Assembly: GCF_965283645.1 (NCBI RefSeq)
Contig: NZ_CBDIPG010000002.1
Location: forward strand, 124,113-188,112
Source of the DNA: Kordia sp.
GTDB taxonomy: Bacteria > Bacteroidota > Bacteroidia > Flavobacteriales > Flavobacteriaceae
Direction of reading: 5' to 3'
DNA length: 64,000 nucleotides
In this document: one piece after another, positions 36,727 to 48,047 of the stretch
Numbering within the stretch: the stretch's first letter is position 1
Layout: every line of letters starts with the position of its first letter
Notes under the pieces: model-generated
Database searches by the model: none
Seen by the model: only the letters and a program-made list of their open reading frames with translations
Told to the model about the DNA's origin: nothing
Translations under genes and position numbers: made by a program

Positions 36727-39700
36727 TTATTGTTTGATAATTTTGATAGTATTAGTGGCATTATCCACAGTTACTTTTACAAAATAAGTTCCAGCTTTTA
36801 ATGAAGCTGTATTAATTTCTTTGCTTATTGCATTAGGTGAAACTGATAATACCTCTTGACCTAGCATATTGTAGAATACTGCATTTTGGATATTCTTTTG
36901 TGCTTTTAATGTCAACGTATTTTTTACTGGATTCGGGTAGTATTTGAATCCTTCAATACTAATATCATTTGTTGATAATGTTGACGTTTCTAATACACTG
37001 AATTTTCCAACATGGAAATCATAATCTTCTGTGTTATCAATAGCACCATCACTTGCCCATAAAGCAAATTGCACGTTTCCTGTTACAGTTATATTATGAA
37101 TATATCTAGTACCAGTAACTAATGGCTGATTGGCAGCATTCCATGTCGTAATATTTGTCCAAGTCACTCCTCCATCAACAGATTGTAAAAGCTGAACTTC
37201 ATCATCACTACCCATAGTATCAGTATCAGTAGCATCACTAGTTCCTGAAAATGAATAATCAGTAACGGCTACTTCTAAATCTAAGCTGTAAGAAGTTCCC
37301 ATTGGAATATCATAAACAGTTGAAATTAACCATTCTCTATCAACATTTTGGAATAAATTAATGACATTACTATTTACTACAGTAGTATCATCATTTGTAT
37401 AAGCTCTACCTGATTTCCAATCTGAAGTTGTCCCAGTTGGTCCATCAGCTACTTCTCCTGCTCCAGCCTCTGCCCAACAAGTTGCTGGATTTGACGAAAA
37501 GTCAGTTGTAGCTGGAAAGGCAGTTACAGAACCACAAATAGTTGAGAAAGTAAATGGTCCAGCCCATACAGATGTTCCATTAGCACCACCACAATCTGCT
37601 CTTACGTAAAAATCGTATGCTGTGTTATCTGTTAATGACATAGCGCTATAAGGGTTTGTTGTTACACCCGCGTTTGTAGGAGTTCCTGTTGGAGTAAATC
37701 CTGAAGTACCTATTTCTAAATCCCACATCGTAGCTGTTCCTGCTTCTGTCCACCCTAAATCAGCAGTAGTTGCCATGATATTCGTAGCAGTTAGAGCAGT
37801 TGGCTCAACACATGTTGGAATTTCTCTTACTTGAAACTTACTTACGTGAAAATATATATCTTCTGGATCATCTACAGCACCTTCTTGTGCTAGAAAAGCA
37901 AATTGTACTGTTCCTGTTTGTGCAGTTAAATCATATGTAATTTCTTCTCCTATATCAGTTGGCACATTACCTTGAACCCATGCTTGTAATCCAGACCAAG
38001 TTGCACCTCCGTCAGTAGTCATTAATAAACTTACTCTATCATCTGAACCTAAATCTGCTCCTGATCCGCTTGTACCACCTTCTGTTAATGCTACGTATAC
38101 TTTTAATTCACTTGGCGCTGCCATAGATAAATCAAATTCTGGAGAAACAATCCAATCACTTCTTCCTGATATAAAAAGATTAAACCTGTTACTTGGTGTT
38201 CCGTTGTGGTTAGAAGCAGCCCAAGCAGAACTACCTAAATCCATAGGCCCAGTAGATGAATCTCCGTTATCAGCTTCTACCCAACAAGTCGGTACGTTTA
38301 CAGACATATCTGCATCGTAATCTGGTGTAAAAGGATTACAGGCAGTTGTAAAAGCAAATGGTCCAATCCAATCACTTGTATCACCTCCACCACAGTCAGC
38401 TTGTACATAAAATTGATATTCATTACTTGCAGTTAATCCTGTAGCATTAAATGGGTTCATAACTCCTGAGTTAGTAGCCATTCCCGTAGCCATTCCTCCT
38501 GTAGTAACATTAACTATTTCTACATTCCATGAAGCTGCCGTTCCATTTTCTGTCCAACCTAACGTAGCTCCTGTCGTTGTTATAGCCGAAGCTGTCAATG
38601 TAGAAGGGTTAGGGCAGATAATTGTTTCTAAACAAATATCTGTAGTACCTGATATAGCACCATCTTTCCAAACAGCCAATTGATATGTTGATCCAGCTGT
38701 TAAGCCAATAACTTCTCCTTGGTTGGTAGCTGTATTAACACATACTAATTGCATTCCACAACCATCAAATACAGCATATTCTGCTGTTTCCCCTTGAAGG
38801 TTAATTACAACACTTCCTGTTGGTGGCGCTACAAACTCATACCATGATCCTGCATTTACTCCAAACGTATCACAAGAAAGATCTGTTGTTCCTAAATCAA
38901 AAGATGAAGAATAATCTAATGTGGTAGGTGTAGCAGTAGAACAATCAGCTTCCACAGTTAACCCAATAGGTAAACTACATAATTCTCCTAAAGATGGCTG
39001 TGTCCATGTCAATGAAACATATATACTATCATCTCCACCGCAATTAGCTTGGACGTAGATATCGTAAGTTTCTCCTTCTGTTAATCCCGTTAGATCTAAT
39101 GAAGGTGTTGTCATTACAGTTCCAGACGTTCCTCCGCCTCCTTGTGCGTAAGGTGAAACACCATATTCATAAGTCCAGTTTGTTTCAGAACCTCCAGCTG
39201 TCCAATTGATTGTCGCTTCTGTTGTTGAAGTTATTGTTTCACTTAAGGCTGTTACCTCTGGACATGATGGCGTTGTATCATTTACTACGTTATCTACGTA
39301 TAATTCAAATTCATCAGTCCCTGTTGCTCTTATTGCCACATAAACTGTTTGACCGACATAAGAATTTAAGAAATATTCAATTTTTGTCCATGCTGCTGCT
39401 GCAGTGGTTTCAGCTTGCAATACTACTGTAAATGAAGACGCCATTGCATCTGTGGTTGATAATAAAACCTCATATGACTCTAGAAATGTACTACTTCTTG
39501 ATTTGATGTAAAAAGAAAATCTATCATTAAGCCCTGCTGTAACAGCAATTGCCGGAGAAATGAGAAAATCATCGTGAGCATTTGAGCCATAAACAATACC
39601 AGCTACAGCTGATCCATCTTGAGCTCCTCCTGACGGTGCATCGTCAAAAACCCAGCCATTGGTGCTTCCGTTATTGATAACCGTCCAAGATGCTGGAATT

Positions 39701-39786
39701 TCTGTTTCGAAACTTTCGGTAAATTGTGCATTAGCCTGCCAACAATATGCGATTAATGTTATGCATAATAGTGTAATTTTTTTCAT
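36727..39786 (-). CDS. T9SS-secreted adhesin-like protein (cleaved-adhesin/choice-of-anchor J-like, FN3 repeats, type A CTD)
   Basis: DDFLISP; three FN3-like W-containing repeats; YYPNPVK..YNMLGQ..GTYFV CTD. Confidence 0.85.
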   Translation of the reverse strand: MKKITLLCITLIAYCWQANAQFTESFETEIPASWTVINNGSTNGWVFDDAPSGGAQDGSAVAGIVYGSNAHDDFLISPAIAVTAGLNDRFSFYIKSRSSTFLESYEVLLSTTDAMASSFTVVLQAETTAAAAWTKIEYFLNSYVGQTVYVAIRATGTDEFELYVDNVVNDTTPSCPEVTALSETITSTTEATINWTAGGSETNWTYEYGVSPYAQGGGGTSGTVMTTPSLDLTGLTEGETYDIYVQANCGGDDSIYVSLTWTQPSLGELCSLPIGLTVEADCSTATPTTLDYSSSFDLGTTDLSCDTFGVNAGSWYEFVAPPTGSVVINLQGETAEYAVFDGCGMQLVCVNTATNQGEVIGLTAGSTYQLAVWKDGAISGTTDICLETIICPNPSTLTASAITTTGATLGWTENGTAASWNVEIVNVTTGGMATGMATNSGVMNPFNATGLTASNEYQFYVQADCGGGDTSDWIGPFAFTTACNPFTPDYDADMSVNVPTCWVEADNGDSSTGPMDLGSSAWAASNHNGTPSNRFNLFISGRSDWIVSPEFDLSMAAPSELKVYVALTEGGTSGSGADLGSDDRVSLLMTTDGGATWSGLQAWVQGNVPTDIGEEITYDLTAQTGTVQFAFLAQEGAVDDPEDIYFHVSKFQVREIPTCVEPTALTATNIMATTADLGWTEAGTATMWDLEIGTSGFTPTGTPTNAGVTTNPYSAMSLTDNTAYDFYVRADCGGANGTSVWAGPFTFSTICGSVTAFPATTDFSSNPATCWAEAGAGEVADGPTGTTSDWKSGRAYTNDDTTVVNSNVINLFQNVDREWLISTVYDIPMGTSYSLDLEVAVTDYSFSGTSDATDTDTMGSDDEVQLLQSVDGGVTWTNITTWNAANQPLVTGTRYIHNITVTGNVQFALWASDGAIDNTEDYDFHVGKFSVLETSTLSTNDISIEGFKYYPNPVKNTLTLKAQKNIQNAVFYNMLGQEVLSVSPNAISKEINTASLKAGTYFVKVTVDNATNTIKIIKQ

Positions 39787-39931
39787 AAAATTATTTGATT
39801 TTTGTTAGTTAGTTGAATTCCAGCAGAAATTACAACATTTTTTTTGGTTTCACCATGTTAATATCGATAAAACGACATTTTTTGCCGACAAAACACTAAA
39901 AAAGCAGTATTTCCTCTATATGATTTTTAGA

Positions 39932-41662
39932 TTATTTTAACATTATATTTTTATTAAATATTCTTTTCTTCCCTATGATTTTAAGAATATAATAACCAGA
40001 AGATAAACTAGAAATATCAATTGATTTATGCAGGTCTATTTTACCATATTTTAAAAGTGCACCTTTAGCATCAAATATCTTGTATGTAAAATCATCATTT
40101 ACAGTTGATTTTACCCAAATAATTCCTTTAGTAGGGTTTGGATATACTTGTAATGAATTTGTTGATTTGTATTCATCAATACTTAATGGACTGCTTCCTT
40201 CTAGTATATTTAGCGTCTGATTTGGTGTTACATTGTATAGTATGTCTTGTGCGCCACCTAACCACGTTATTTTTACGTATTCTATTGTTGTGTTTCCTAC
40301 GAGTCCAAAAAATTCTGATCCAGAGTTTTGCCCTAGATATCCTTCTCCACAAACAGTGTAACGATATTGCGAAACTCCTCCTGCTTTTACTTCAATAGTT
40401 GCTCCAATACCTTGCTTGTTACTCACCACACCTTCCAGGTTTACTTTTAACCAGTTGTTCGTGCTTGTGGTTTCATTTTTCCAAAGAAATATGTTTTCAT
40501 CTCCTGAGTTACTCACTACTATTTCGGGAAAACCATCATTATCGGTATCACCAATAGCGTTGGAATAACTTTGTCTGGCATCATTTACAAATCCTGAACT
40601 AGTTTCTGTACTGAATGTGTTGTTACCATTATTTGTGTAAAATGCAGCTGGCAGAAAAATTGGATTGCTTGAGTCAAACGATCCACTTACATATAAATCT
40701 AAATCACCATCGTTTTCAGCATCTAAAAATACAGATCCCCAAGCGATACTATTAAACATTGTTCCAGTTCCGGAAGCTATGTTGGTAAATGTACCATCGC
40801 CATTGTTTCTTAAAAAGTAATTTCCTTCCGTTCCATTTGTTACATATATGTCAAACCAAGTGTCTTTGTTGTAATCGGCAATTGTAACAGACATAGCGTC
40901 GATTGCCAAGTTTGTTCCAGATTCTACACTTACATCTGTAAATGTACCATCGCCATTGTTTTTGTAGAGAATGTTAGTCGTGTTTACTTTGTCATTTGCC
41001 ATGTAAATATCTTGCCAACCATCATTGTTGTAATCAAAAAATGCTGAGCAAAATGATAAGTGACTTCCTGTACTTATTCCAGCCGCATTGCTAACATTGG
41101 TAAACGTTCCGTCACCGTTATTTTTGTAGAGATAGTTTTGTTGTGGCGTGGTTAATCCTCTATTGCATAGAAATACATCTAAATTACCATCATTATTGTA
41201 ATCGCCCCATGAAGCTCCAAAGTTATCCATAGCCGCAGGTGGCAAACCAGCAGTGACAGTAATATCAACAAGTGCCGTTGTATCATTTCTGTATAAGCGA
41301 CTTCCGTCTATATCTCCAGATATATATAAGTCATTGTCTCCATCATTGTCAAAATCAACCCATATGACTTGTTTTTGTTGCGTATTATTGTTCGGATTTA
41401 GTATTGTTTCTAATGAAAATGTTCCATCTCCATTATTTTTGTAAATTTTTAGTGGATCTCCAGCTTGTGTAGCTATCGTAACATCATCCCAACCGTCATT
41501 ATTGAAATCGTAAAAAGAGATTCCTCCGCCTAAGTAAATAGTTCCACACATATCGCCAACACCTAGCGCTGTAGCTTGGTCTTCAAAAAATATTTGCGCA
41601 TGAAATGTAGTTGAAGAAATACATATATATACAATAAGAAAGAAACGTAATAGTTTTTTCAT
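39932..41662 (-). CDS. FG-GAP/VCBS repeat protein with ASPIC/UnbV domain and T9SS CTD
   Basis: Repeated D(F/Y)NNDGxxD and NNGDGTF; GYLGQNS; VYPNPTK CTD. Confidence 0.88.
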   Translation of the reverse strand: MKKLLRFFLIVYICISSTTFHAQIFFEDQATALGVGDMCGTIYLGGGISFYDFNNDGWDDVTIATQAGDPLKIYKNNGDGTFSLETILNPNNNTQQKQVIWVDFDNDGDNDLYISGDIDGSRLYRNDTTALVDITVTAGLPPAAMDNFGASWGDYNNDGNLDVFLCNRGLTTPQQNYLYKNNGDGTFTNVSNAAGISTGSHLSFCSAFFDYNNDGWQDIYMANDKVNTTNILYKNNGDGTFTDVSVESGTNLAIDAMSVTIADYNKDTWFDIYVTNGTEGNYFLRNNGDGTFTNIASGTGTMFNSIAWGSVFLDAENDGDLDLYVSGSFDSSNPIFLPAAFYTNNGNNTFSTETSSGFVNDARQSYSNAIGDTDNDGFPEIVVSNSGDENIFLWKNETTSTNNWLKVNLEGVVSNKQGIGATIEVKAGGVSQYRYTVCGEGYLGQNSGSEFFGLVGNTTIEYVKITWLGGAQDILYNVTPNQTLNILEGSSPLSIDEYKSTNSLQVYPNPTKGIIWVKSTVNDDFTYKIFDAKGALLKYGKIDLHKSIDISSLSSGYYILKIIGKKRIFNKNIMLK

Positions 41663-41953
41663 AGTCGGTTTTTAGTTTCTTGAAAAGATCGAGGTTCGAG
41701 ATGACTAAACTATAAAAACATATGATCTTATACAAATATTAATTGCGTGTATGTGTCTGAATATCAATTGTCAATTTACATTTCAAGAATGACACTTCTC
41801 TTATTTCAAAATTATTTTTACTATTGAAATACATGCAAAACCTTATGAATACAGGAAAAAGACTAAATATATTTTTAACATTTGCTACGGTTTTTACCAA
41901 AAAAAATGTCTCTAATACGTAGAGACATTTTTATAGTATATATGTATTATTTT

Positions 41954-42769
41954 TTATTCTTCTGTAAATCTTTCAATTACTTCTTGACTTACTCCTGTGT
42001 TAGAGAATCCACCATCATTGTATAGATTTTGCATGGTTACTCTCTTCGTAAGGTCTGAGAATAATGTTACCGTATAGTTTGCACAGTCTAATGCTGTTGC
42101 GTTTCCAAGTGGCGACATTTTTTCTGCATATGAAATAAATCCGTCAAATCCTTTTACACCTTGTCCAGCTGTTGTTGGCGTTGGTGATTGAGATATTGTA
42201 TTGACACGAACTTTTCTGTCTTTTCCAAAGAAATATCCAAAACTACGTGCAATTGATTCTAGGTATGATTTGTTATCAGCCATATCATTGTAATCAGGAA
42301 ATGTACGTTGCGCCGCCATGTATGTTAAGGCTACAATACTTCCCCATTCGCTCATTGCGTCAGATTTGTATAGTGTTTGCATTACTTTATGGAAAGATAC
42401 CGCAGAAACATCCCAACCTTTTGTCATCCAATCGTAGTTTAGGTCTGTGTAGTGTCTTCCTTTTCTAACATTTACAGACATTCCTATTGAGTGTAATACG
42501 AAGTCAATTTTTCCACCTAAAATCTCCATTGATTTATCAACTAAATTTTGAAGATCTTCTGTACTTGTTGCATCGGCAGGAATGATTTCAGAACCCGTTT
42601 TTTCTGCTAAATCTCTAATTTTTCCCATACGCATTGCTATTGGCGCATTTGTTAATACAAACGTTCCTCCTTCTTCATGCACACGTTCAGCAGTTTTCCA
42701 TGCAATAGAGTTTTCGTCTAACGCACCAAATATGATTCCTCGTTTTCCTTTTAATAAGTTATATGACAT
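41954..42769 (-). CDS. fabI: Enoyl-ACP reductase
   Basis: GALDENSIAW, LHSIGMS, YNDMADNKSYLES, RVNTISQSP. Confidence 0.93.
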   Translation of the reverse strand: MSYNLLKGKRGIIFGALDENSIAWKTAERVHEEGGTFVLTNAPIAMRMGKIRDLAEKTGSEIIPADATSTEDLQNLVDKSMEILGGKIDFVLHSIGMSVNVRKGRHYTDLNYDWMTKGWDVSAVSFHKVMQTLYKSDAMSEWGSIVALTYMAAQRTFPDYNDMADNKSYLESIARSFGYFFGKDRKVRVNTISQSPTPTTAGQGVKGFDGFISYAEKMSPLGNATALDCANYTVTLFSDLTKRVTMQNLYNDGGFSNTGVSQEVIERFTEE

Positions 42770-42863
42770 GCTTGTTAATTTTAGTCGTTTTTAGTTGTTT
42801 TGGTAGTTCAAATATATGGTAAAAGATTGAATTGATCGATTTCTACGGATTGAATATTGTGTT

Positions 42864-44519
42864 TTACGATTCTAGTAATTCTTTTGCATTGGCTAATGCC
42901 GAATCTAATATTTTTGCGCCGCTTAACATTTGTGCTATTTCTCGAACGCGTTCGTCACCTTGAAGCTGTTTTAAATGTGTCGTAGTTACTTCATTTATAT
43001 CTTCTTTGTATACTTTGAAATGTTGTTTACCTTTTGCCGCAATTTGTGGTAAGTGTGTGATGGAGAATACTTGCATACTTTTCCCCATATGCTGCATTAT
43101 TTTCGCCATTTTATTAGCAACTTCACCAGAAACTCCTGTGTCAATTTCATCAAACATTATAGTTGGCAATTGCATGTATTTTGATAGAATTGCTTTGATA
43201 CACAACATTACTCGTGATAATTCTCCACCAGAAGCCGCTTTTTTCAATTCGCTAAAGTTGCCACCTTTGTTTGCCGCAAATAGAAATTGTAAATCGTCCA
43301 TTCCGTTTGCATACAATTGATCGGTTTGCGTTACTTTGATATTGAATCGTGCATTTGGCATTCCCAACGTTGCTAACATGGTTTCCAGTTGCTCTGTTAG
43401 GATCGGAATTCCGGCAACACGTTTTTTACGAATTGAAGTCGCAATCGTTTGTAATTCTTTTTGTAATTGTTGTAAAACTGCTTCTTTCTCCTTAATTACA
43501 TCTTCAATGTTTTCAGATGTTTGCGCTTTATCTGCTAAGGTGTTTTGTATATTTCGCAATTCTTCAACCGTTAATACATTGTGCTTTTTTTGTAGATCGA
43601 ATATTTTTTGAAGCTTCTCTCCTATTTGCGCCAATAATTCAGGATCAAACTCTGCATCAGCTTGTAAATTAATGACTTCATTATAGATGTCATCCAATTC
43701 AATATATACACTTTTGATACGTTCTGAAAGGTTTAAAAATTCAGGAGCAATGTCCGAGAGCTTTCCCGAAGTTGTTTGCAATTCTGAAATCAAATGCAAC
43801 ACGCCAACTTGCTCATCTGAAAGTAGTTGTTCAGAAGCACTCAAATTGGTTTTTATATCTTCTGCATTGTTTAAGCGTTCGTATTGTGCTTCTAAATCTT
43901 CAACAATTAAACCTTCTAATTTAGCTTCTTCTAATTCTTTAAGCAAGAACATATTATAATCGTGTTCTTTTTCTAAATCTGCTTGTTCTTGACGTATTTT
44001 TTGAAGTTCTTTTTGTGCTTTTTGATAAGTATTTAAGCGTGTTTGATACGAAATAACTTCATCCGTAACATTCGCCAATGTATCAATAACTTGAAACTGA
44101 AATTGATTGTCGGTAAGTTGTAATGTTTGATGTTGCGAATGTATATCTATCAACTGATCGCCAAGTGAATTTAATACACCCAAACGTACAGGAACGTCGT
44201 TTATAAATGCTCTTGATTTGCCAGAAGGTAGTATTTCGCGTCTTATGATGGTGTCATGATCGTAATCAAGATCATTGGTTTCAAAGAAGTTTTTGAGCTT
44301 GTATTTTTTAATCGAAAATTCGGCTTCAATCACACATTTTCGCGTGGTATCTTTTAGCGAAGACAAATCTGCACGTTTTCCTAATATTAAAGCCAATCCA
44401 CCGAGCAGAATTGATTTTCCAGCACCAGTTTCTCCTGTAATTATAGTTAATCCTTTATCAAATTCAACTTGTAAAGAATCAATTAACGCGAAGTTTTTTA
44501 TAGATAGTTGTGTGAGCAA
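42864..44519 (-). CDS. recN: DNA repair protein RecN
   Basis: GETGAGKS, IDIHSQH, ASGGELSR, FDEIDTG, THLPQIAA. Confidence 0.97.
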   Translation of the reverse strand: MLTQLSIKNFALIDSLQVEFDKGLTIITGETGAGKSILLGGLALILGKRADLSSLKDTTRKCVIEAEFSIKKYKLKNFFETNDLDYDHDTIIRREILPSGKSRAFINDVPVRLGVLNSLGDQLIDIHSQHQTLQLTDNQFQFQVIDTLANVTDEVISYQTRLNTYQKAQKELQKIRQEQADLEKEHDYNMFLLKELEEAKLEGLIVEDLEAQYERLNNAEDIKTNLSASEQLLSDEQVGVLHLISELQTTSGKLSDIAPEFLNLSERIKSVYIELDDIYNEVINLQADAEFDPELLAQIGEKLQKIFDLQKKHNVLTVEELRNIQNTLADKAQTSENIEDVIKEKEAVLQQLQKELQTIATSIRKKRVAGIPILTEQLETMLATLGMPNARFNIKVTQTDQLYANGMDDLQFLFAANKGGNFSELKKAASGGELSRVMLCIKAILSKYMQLPTIMFDEIDTGVSGEVANKMAKIMQHMGKSMQVFSITHLPQIAAKGKQHFKVYKEDINEVTTTHLKQLQGDERVREIAQMLSGAKILDSALANAKELLES

Positions 44520-44577
44520 TGCAACAGTATTTTATTGAGTTACAAAAATAGACTATTGCATTAAATATTTGCTAGAA

Positions 44578-45468
44578 TCAGAATTTAATTTTTTCCCACT
44601 TTGTTGCGTGAAATGGCGCTACTCTATTTAGGGTTTCTACCAAGCGTACCACGTTTACTTTTGGTCCACCAGAGTAAATACTTTGAATTTCTTCTGCTTT
44701 TGCATCAAAAAATGTTTGTAATAGAAAAGAATTTGGACGTCTGTTGTTTAACGCTTTAAATATTTCTAAACTTTTTGCAATTGTACTTTTGGCGGCGCGT
44801 GCATCATCAGCCATTAAATCCATGCCAACTCTGTGGTAATTGTACATTACCGTTCTGTATTCTTTGTGTGTATTGTTTAATAAATTATCTAACAATAACC
44901 AACGTGTACGGTTTCCGTCTGCTTCTTTCCAACCTAAAAATGGCGTAGGTTGTGCTAAGTTTACAATTTGTTGTGCTTGTGCAAAGTATTCCGATCCGCC
45001 ACGTAGTTTGAAACTATCAGCATCTATTCCTAAAATTACATATGCATAATAAGCTACGACTGCTACCAAGTTGGTTGTAAATGCGTTTGGATTGTATACT
45101 ATTGGTTGAAATTCTTGATAGATGAATCTGAATTGCTTGTCGTTGAAGTTAAATACTGGCGACTCAAAAGACGAGTTGTATATTGGTCGTGACGATTGCA
45201 CTTGAATGGTAGCTACAAATTCATCCGAATTGTATTGTGAAACATTAATTACAAAACTACAATTGATACGCTCAGAAGCCTTATACTTCTTGTTTGTCCA
45301 TTGTGTTTTGTTTACAAAATCCGTTAATGAACGTTCTAATGTTTTAAAAATTTGCTGATTTGTCTGATTGACTTGCTGTGCATCAATTGTGATTTGACAG
45401 TTCAATTCTTGTGCCGTAGAAAAACATACTGCACCAAATACTAAGATACTTAAAACAAGATTACGCAT
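44578..45468 (-). CDS. DUF4835 family protein (PorD-like)
   Basis: AQELNC, FVNKTQWT, VQSSRP; conserved position between coaBC and recN. Confidence 0.8.
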   Translation of the reverse strand: MRNLVLSILVFGAVCFSTAQELNCQITIDAQQVNQTNQQIFKTLERSLTDFVNKTQWTNKKYKASERINCSFVINVSQYNSDEFVATIQVQSSRPIYNSSFESPVFNFNDKQFRFIYQEFQPIVYNPNAFTTNLVAVVAYYAYVILGIDADSFKLRGGSEYFAQAQQIVNLAQPTPFLGWKEADGNRTRWLLLDNLLNNTHKEYRTVMYNYHRVGMDLMADDARAAKSTIAKSLEIFKALNNRRPNSFLLQTFFDAKAEEIQSIYSGGPKVNVVRLVETLNRVAPFHATKWEKIKF

Positions 45469-46672
45469 TGATTCGCTTTAAAATTTCACTAAATATATCG
45501 TTGGCTACTTCAGCTTTCGATTTTAATCCAAAAGCGAAGGTATTCATTTTTTTGTCAATTATCGTTACTTTATTTGTTGGTTTTCCAAAACCTGCACCTG
45601 TATCATTGAGTGAATTTAGCACAATCATGTCTAAATTTTTCTTGGTGAGTTTTCCTTTTGCATTTTCCAATTCATTATTCGTTTCCAATGCAAACCCAAC
45701 TAAAAATTGATCTTTTTTTATCGTTCCTAACGAAGCTAGGATATCTTTTGTTTTGATCAATTCTATAGTTAACGATGAAGCTGCCTTTTTTATTTTCTGA
45801 GAGGCAACATCTTTTGGTTTATAATCAGCTACAGCCGCAGCTAATATTGCAATAGTAGCCGTTGGAAAATCGTGATGAGCCGCATTATACATATCTTCAG
45901 CACTAATTACATCAACTACTTTTACTGAAGAGTGTTGCATGCTTTGATTATTTGGTCCTGCAATTAATACAACCTCAGCACCTAAGTTTGCGGCAGTTCG
46001 TGCCAATGCAAAGCCCATTTTCCCTGAAGAATGATTTCCAATAAAACGCACAGGATCAATTGCTTCATAGGTTGGACCAGCCGTAATTACTACTTTTTTT
46101 CCTTTCAGCGGAAGCTTGCCTAAGATATCTTGTTCAATAAACGAAATGATGTCTTCAGGTTCTGCCATTCTACCTTCTCCAACCAAACCACTAGCCAATT
46201 CGCCGCTTGTAGCAGGAATCATGATGTTTCCAAAACTAGTTAATTTTTCAAAGGAGTTTTTAGTAGAATTGTGTTTGTACATATCCAAATCCATTGCTGG
46301 CGCAAAATATACAGGACATTTTGCTGATAGATATGTAGCAAGCAATAAGTTATCACTATTTCCTGTCGCCATTTTAGACATTGTATTTGCTGTTGCTGGT
46401 GCAATTAGCATAAAGTCTGCCCACAAACCAAGTTCTACATGGTTTGTCCACATGTCGTTTTCGTCTGATTCATTGATGAAAGACGAATGTACAGGGTTTT
46501 TAGAAAGCGTAGATAGTGTTAACGGTGTAATGAAGTCTTTAGCAGCAGGCGTCATCATCACTTTGATTTCTGCGCCTGCTTTTATAAATAACCGTACAAG
46601 AGAAGCTGTTTTATAAGCGGCAATTCCGGCAGTAACACCTAACAATACTTTTTTGCCTCTTATTATTGACAT
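45461..46672 (-). CDS. coaBC: Phosphopantothenoylcysteine decarboxylase/ligase
   Basis: GIAAYK, APATANT, PAMDLDM, DPVRFIGNHSSGKMG, GFALET. Confidence 0.96.
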   Translation of the reverse strand: MSIIRGKKVLLGVTAGIAAYKTASLVRLFIKAGAEIKVMMTPAAKDFITPLTLSTLSKNPVHSSFINESDENDMWTNHVELGLWADFMLIAPATANTMSKMATGNSDNLLLATYLSAKCPVYFAPAMDLDMYKHNSTKNSFEKLTSFGNIMIPATSGELASGLVGEGRMAEPEDIISFIEQDILGKLPLKGKKVVITAGPTYEAIDPVRFIGNHSSGKMGFALARTAANLGAEVVLIAGPNNQSMQHSSVKVVDVISAEDMYNAAHHDFPTATIAILAAAVADYKPKDVASQKIKKAASSLTIELIKTKDILASLGTIKKDQFLVGFALETNNELENAKGKLTKKNLDMIVLNSLNDTGAGFGKPTNKVTIIDKKMNTFAFGLKSKAEVANDIFSEILKRINA

Positions 46673-46675
46673 ATA

Positions 46676-47002
46676 CTATGCTTCTTCTTTAGTGTTACGG
46701 TAGTATATTTTTTCTTCCAACCATTCTTGTACTGCAATAGCATGTGGTTTTGGAAGTTTTTCATAGAATTTAGATACTTCAATTTGCTCTTTGTTTTCGA
46801 AGATTTCTTCTAAACTATCGTTGTGTGTAGCAAATTCGTCTAACTTCTCGATTAATTCTTTTTTAATTTCTGAATTGATTTGTATTGCTCTTTTTGCAAC
46901 TACAGAAATCGCTTCATAAATGTTGTCTGTCGGCGCATCAAATTGATTTCGTTCAACTGTTGTTGTGCTAATTGGAGCGTCTAAATTTTTAATATCAACC
47001 AT
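46676..47002 (-). CDS. rpoZ: RNA polymerase omega subunit (Bacteroidota type)
   Basis: NIYEAISVVAKRA, EQIEVSKFYEKLPKP; bamD-rpoZ-coaBC synteny. Confidence 0.88.
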   Translation of the reverse strand: MVDIKNLDAPISTTTVERNQFDAPTDNIYEAISVVAKRAIQINSEIKKELIEKLDEFATHNDSLEEIFENKEQIEVSKFYEKLPKPHAIAVQEWLEEKIYYRNTKEEA

Positions 47003-47011
47003 AATTCAGGG

Positions 47012-47806
47012 TTATTTTGAAATTTTTTCTAATTCTTGTGTAATTGAAGCCATCATTTCGTCAGCTTCTTCTTTGTATTTTGATTCTGGATAGAATTTCA
47101 CCAACGTTCGATACGCTGCTGAAGCTTCTTTAAAACGTTCTTCCATCAAAGAAATAAAACTCTTTGAAGCAAGTCTGTACATGGAATCTAATTTTAAAAA
47201 CATTGCGTCTTCACGAAATGTAGTTCCAGGAAAATCTGAAAGGAAATTCTCTGTTGCTTTGATAGCCGCTTTGTAATCAGCTATTCTGTTGTATTGTTTT
47301 GCAATTTCGTATGCTTTTTTCTCTATTTTCGTAGTTAACTCACTTACCATTTTGTTTGCTTCTGGCATGTCTGGTGAGTCTGCATAGTTATTGATGAAAG
47401 CTTGCAATTTGTTGATTGCTTTTTTTGTCTCTGTTTGATCTATGCTGTAACGAGGCGATTCCATGTAATAGCTTTTTGCTTCATAGAATAAAGCCTTTTG
47501 TACGCTGTCACTTTTTGGATATGATTTGGCAAAACGCTCAAATTGATATGCTGATACGAAATATTGTTCTATTTCAAATAATGTGCGTCCGTACATAAAT
47601 GTAACACGTTCTCCTTGTGGTTTTCCACGATATCTTGGAACAACTTGCTCAAAAAGTCTGCTCGATTTTTTGTATTTTCCTTCTTTGTATAAGCGCTCAG
47701 CTAATTCATATTTAACCTTTATATCTTCTGACTTTAACGCCTTTTGATATTCGCTACACGAAGCTAATGTAATTGTTACTAATAGTATGTAAAGAAAGTT
47801 CTTCAT
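47012..47806 (-). CDS. bamD: Outer membrane assembly lipoprotein BamD
   Basis: Lipobox LASC, TPR repeats; TACTTTTG box at 47823-47830 favours ATG 47806. Confidence 0.9.
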   Translation of the reverse strand: MKNFLYILLVTITLASCSEYQKALKSEDIKVKYELAERLYKEGKYKKSSRLFEQVVPRYRGKPQGERVTFMYGRTLFEIEQYFVSAYQFERFAKSYPKSDSVQKALFYEAKSYYMESPRYSIDQTETKKAINKLQAFINNYADSPDMPEANKMVSELTTKIEKKAYEIAKQYNRIADYKAAIKATENFLSDFPGTTFREDAMFLKLDSMYRLASKSFISLMEERFKEASAAYRTLVKFYPESKYKEEADEMMASITQELEKISK

Positions 47807-48047
47807 ATTTTTAAACATCTTGCAAAAGTATGTATTTATTATGTATTAAAAAAACATTTTTAAAGCGCTAAATTAAGTTTAGATATTTGTTTTTAATAGT
47901 CTTTATCATAGTTTTAACTTTTTAGACCAGACTTCTTTGATTTTTGGACTTACTTTGCTGTTTACTTGGTTATCCGTTTTTTGCTATTCTGTTGATTTGA
48001 AGATTTACTAACGAAGCAACAAATACATAAGACAAGTCAATGTACTA

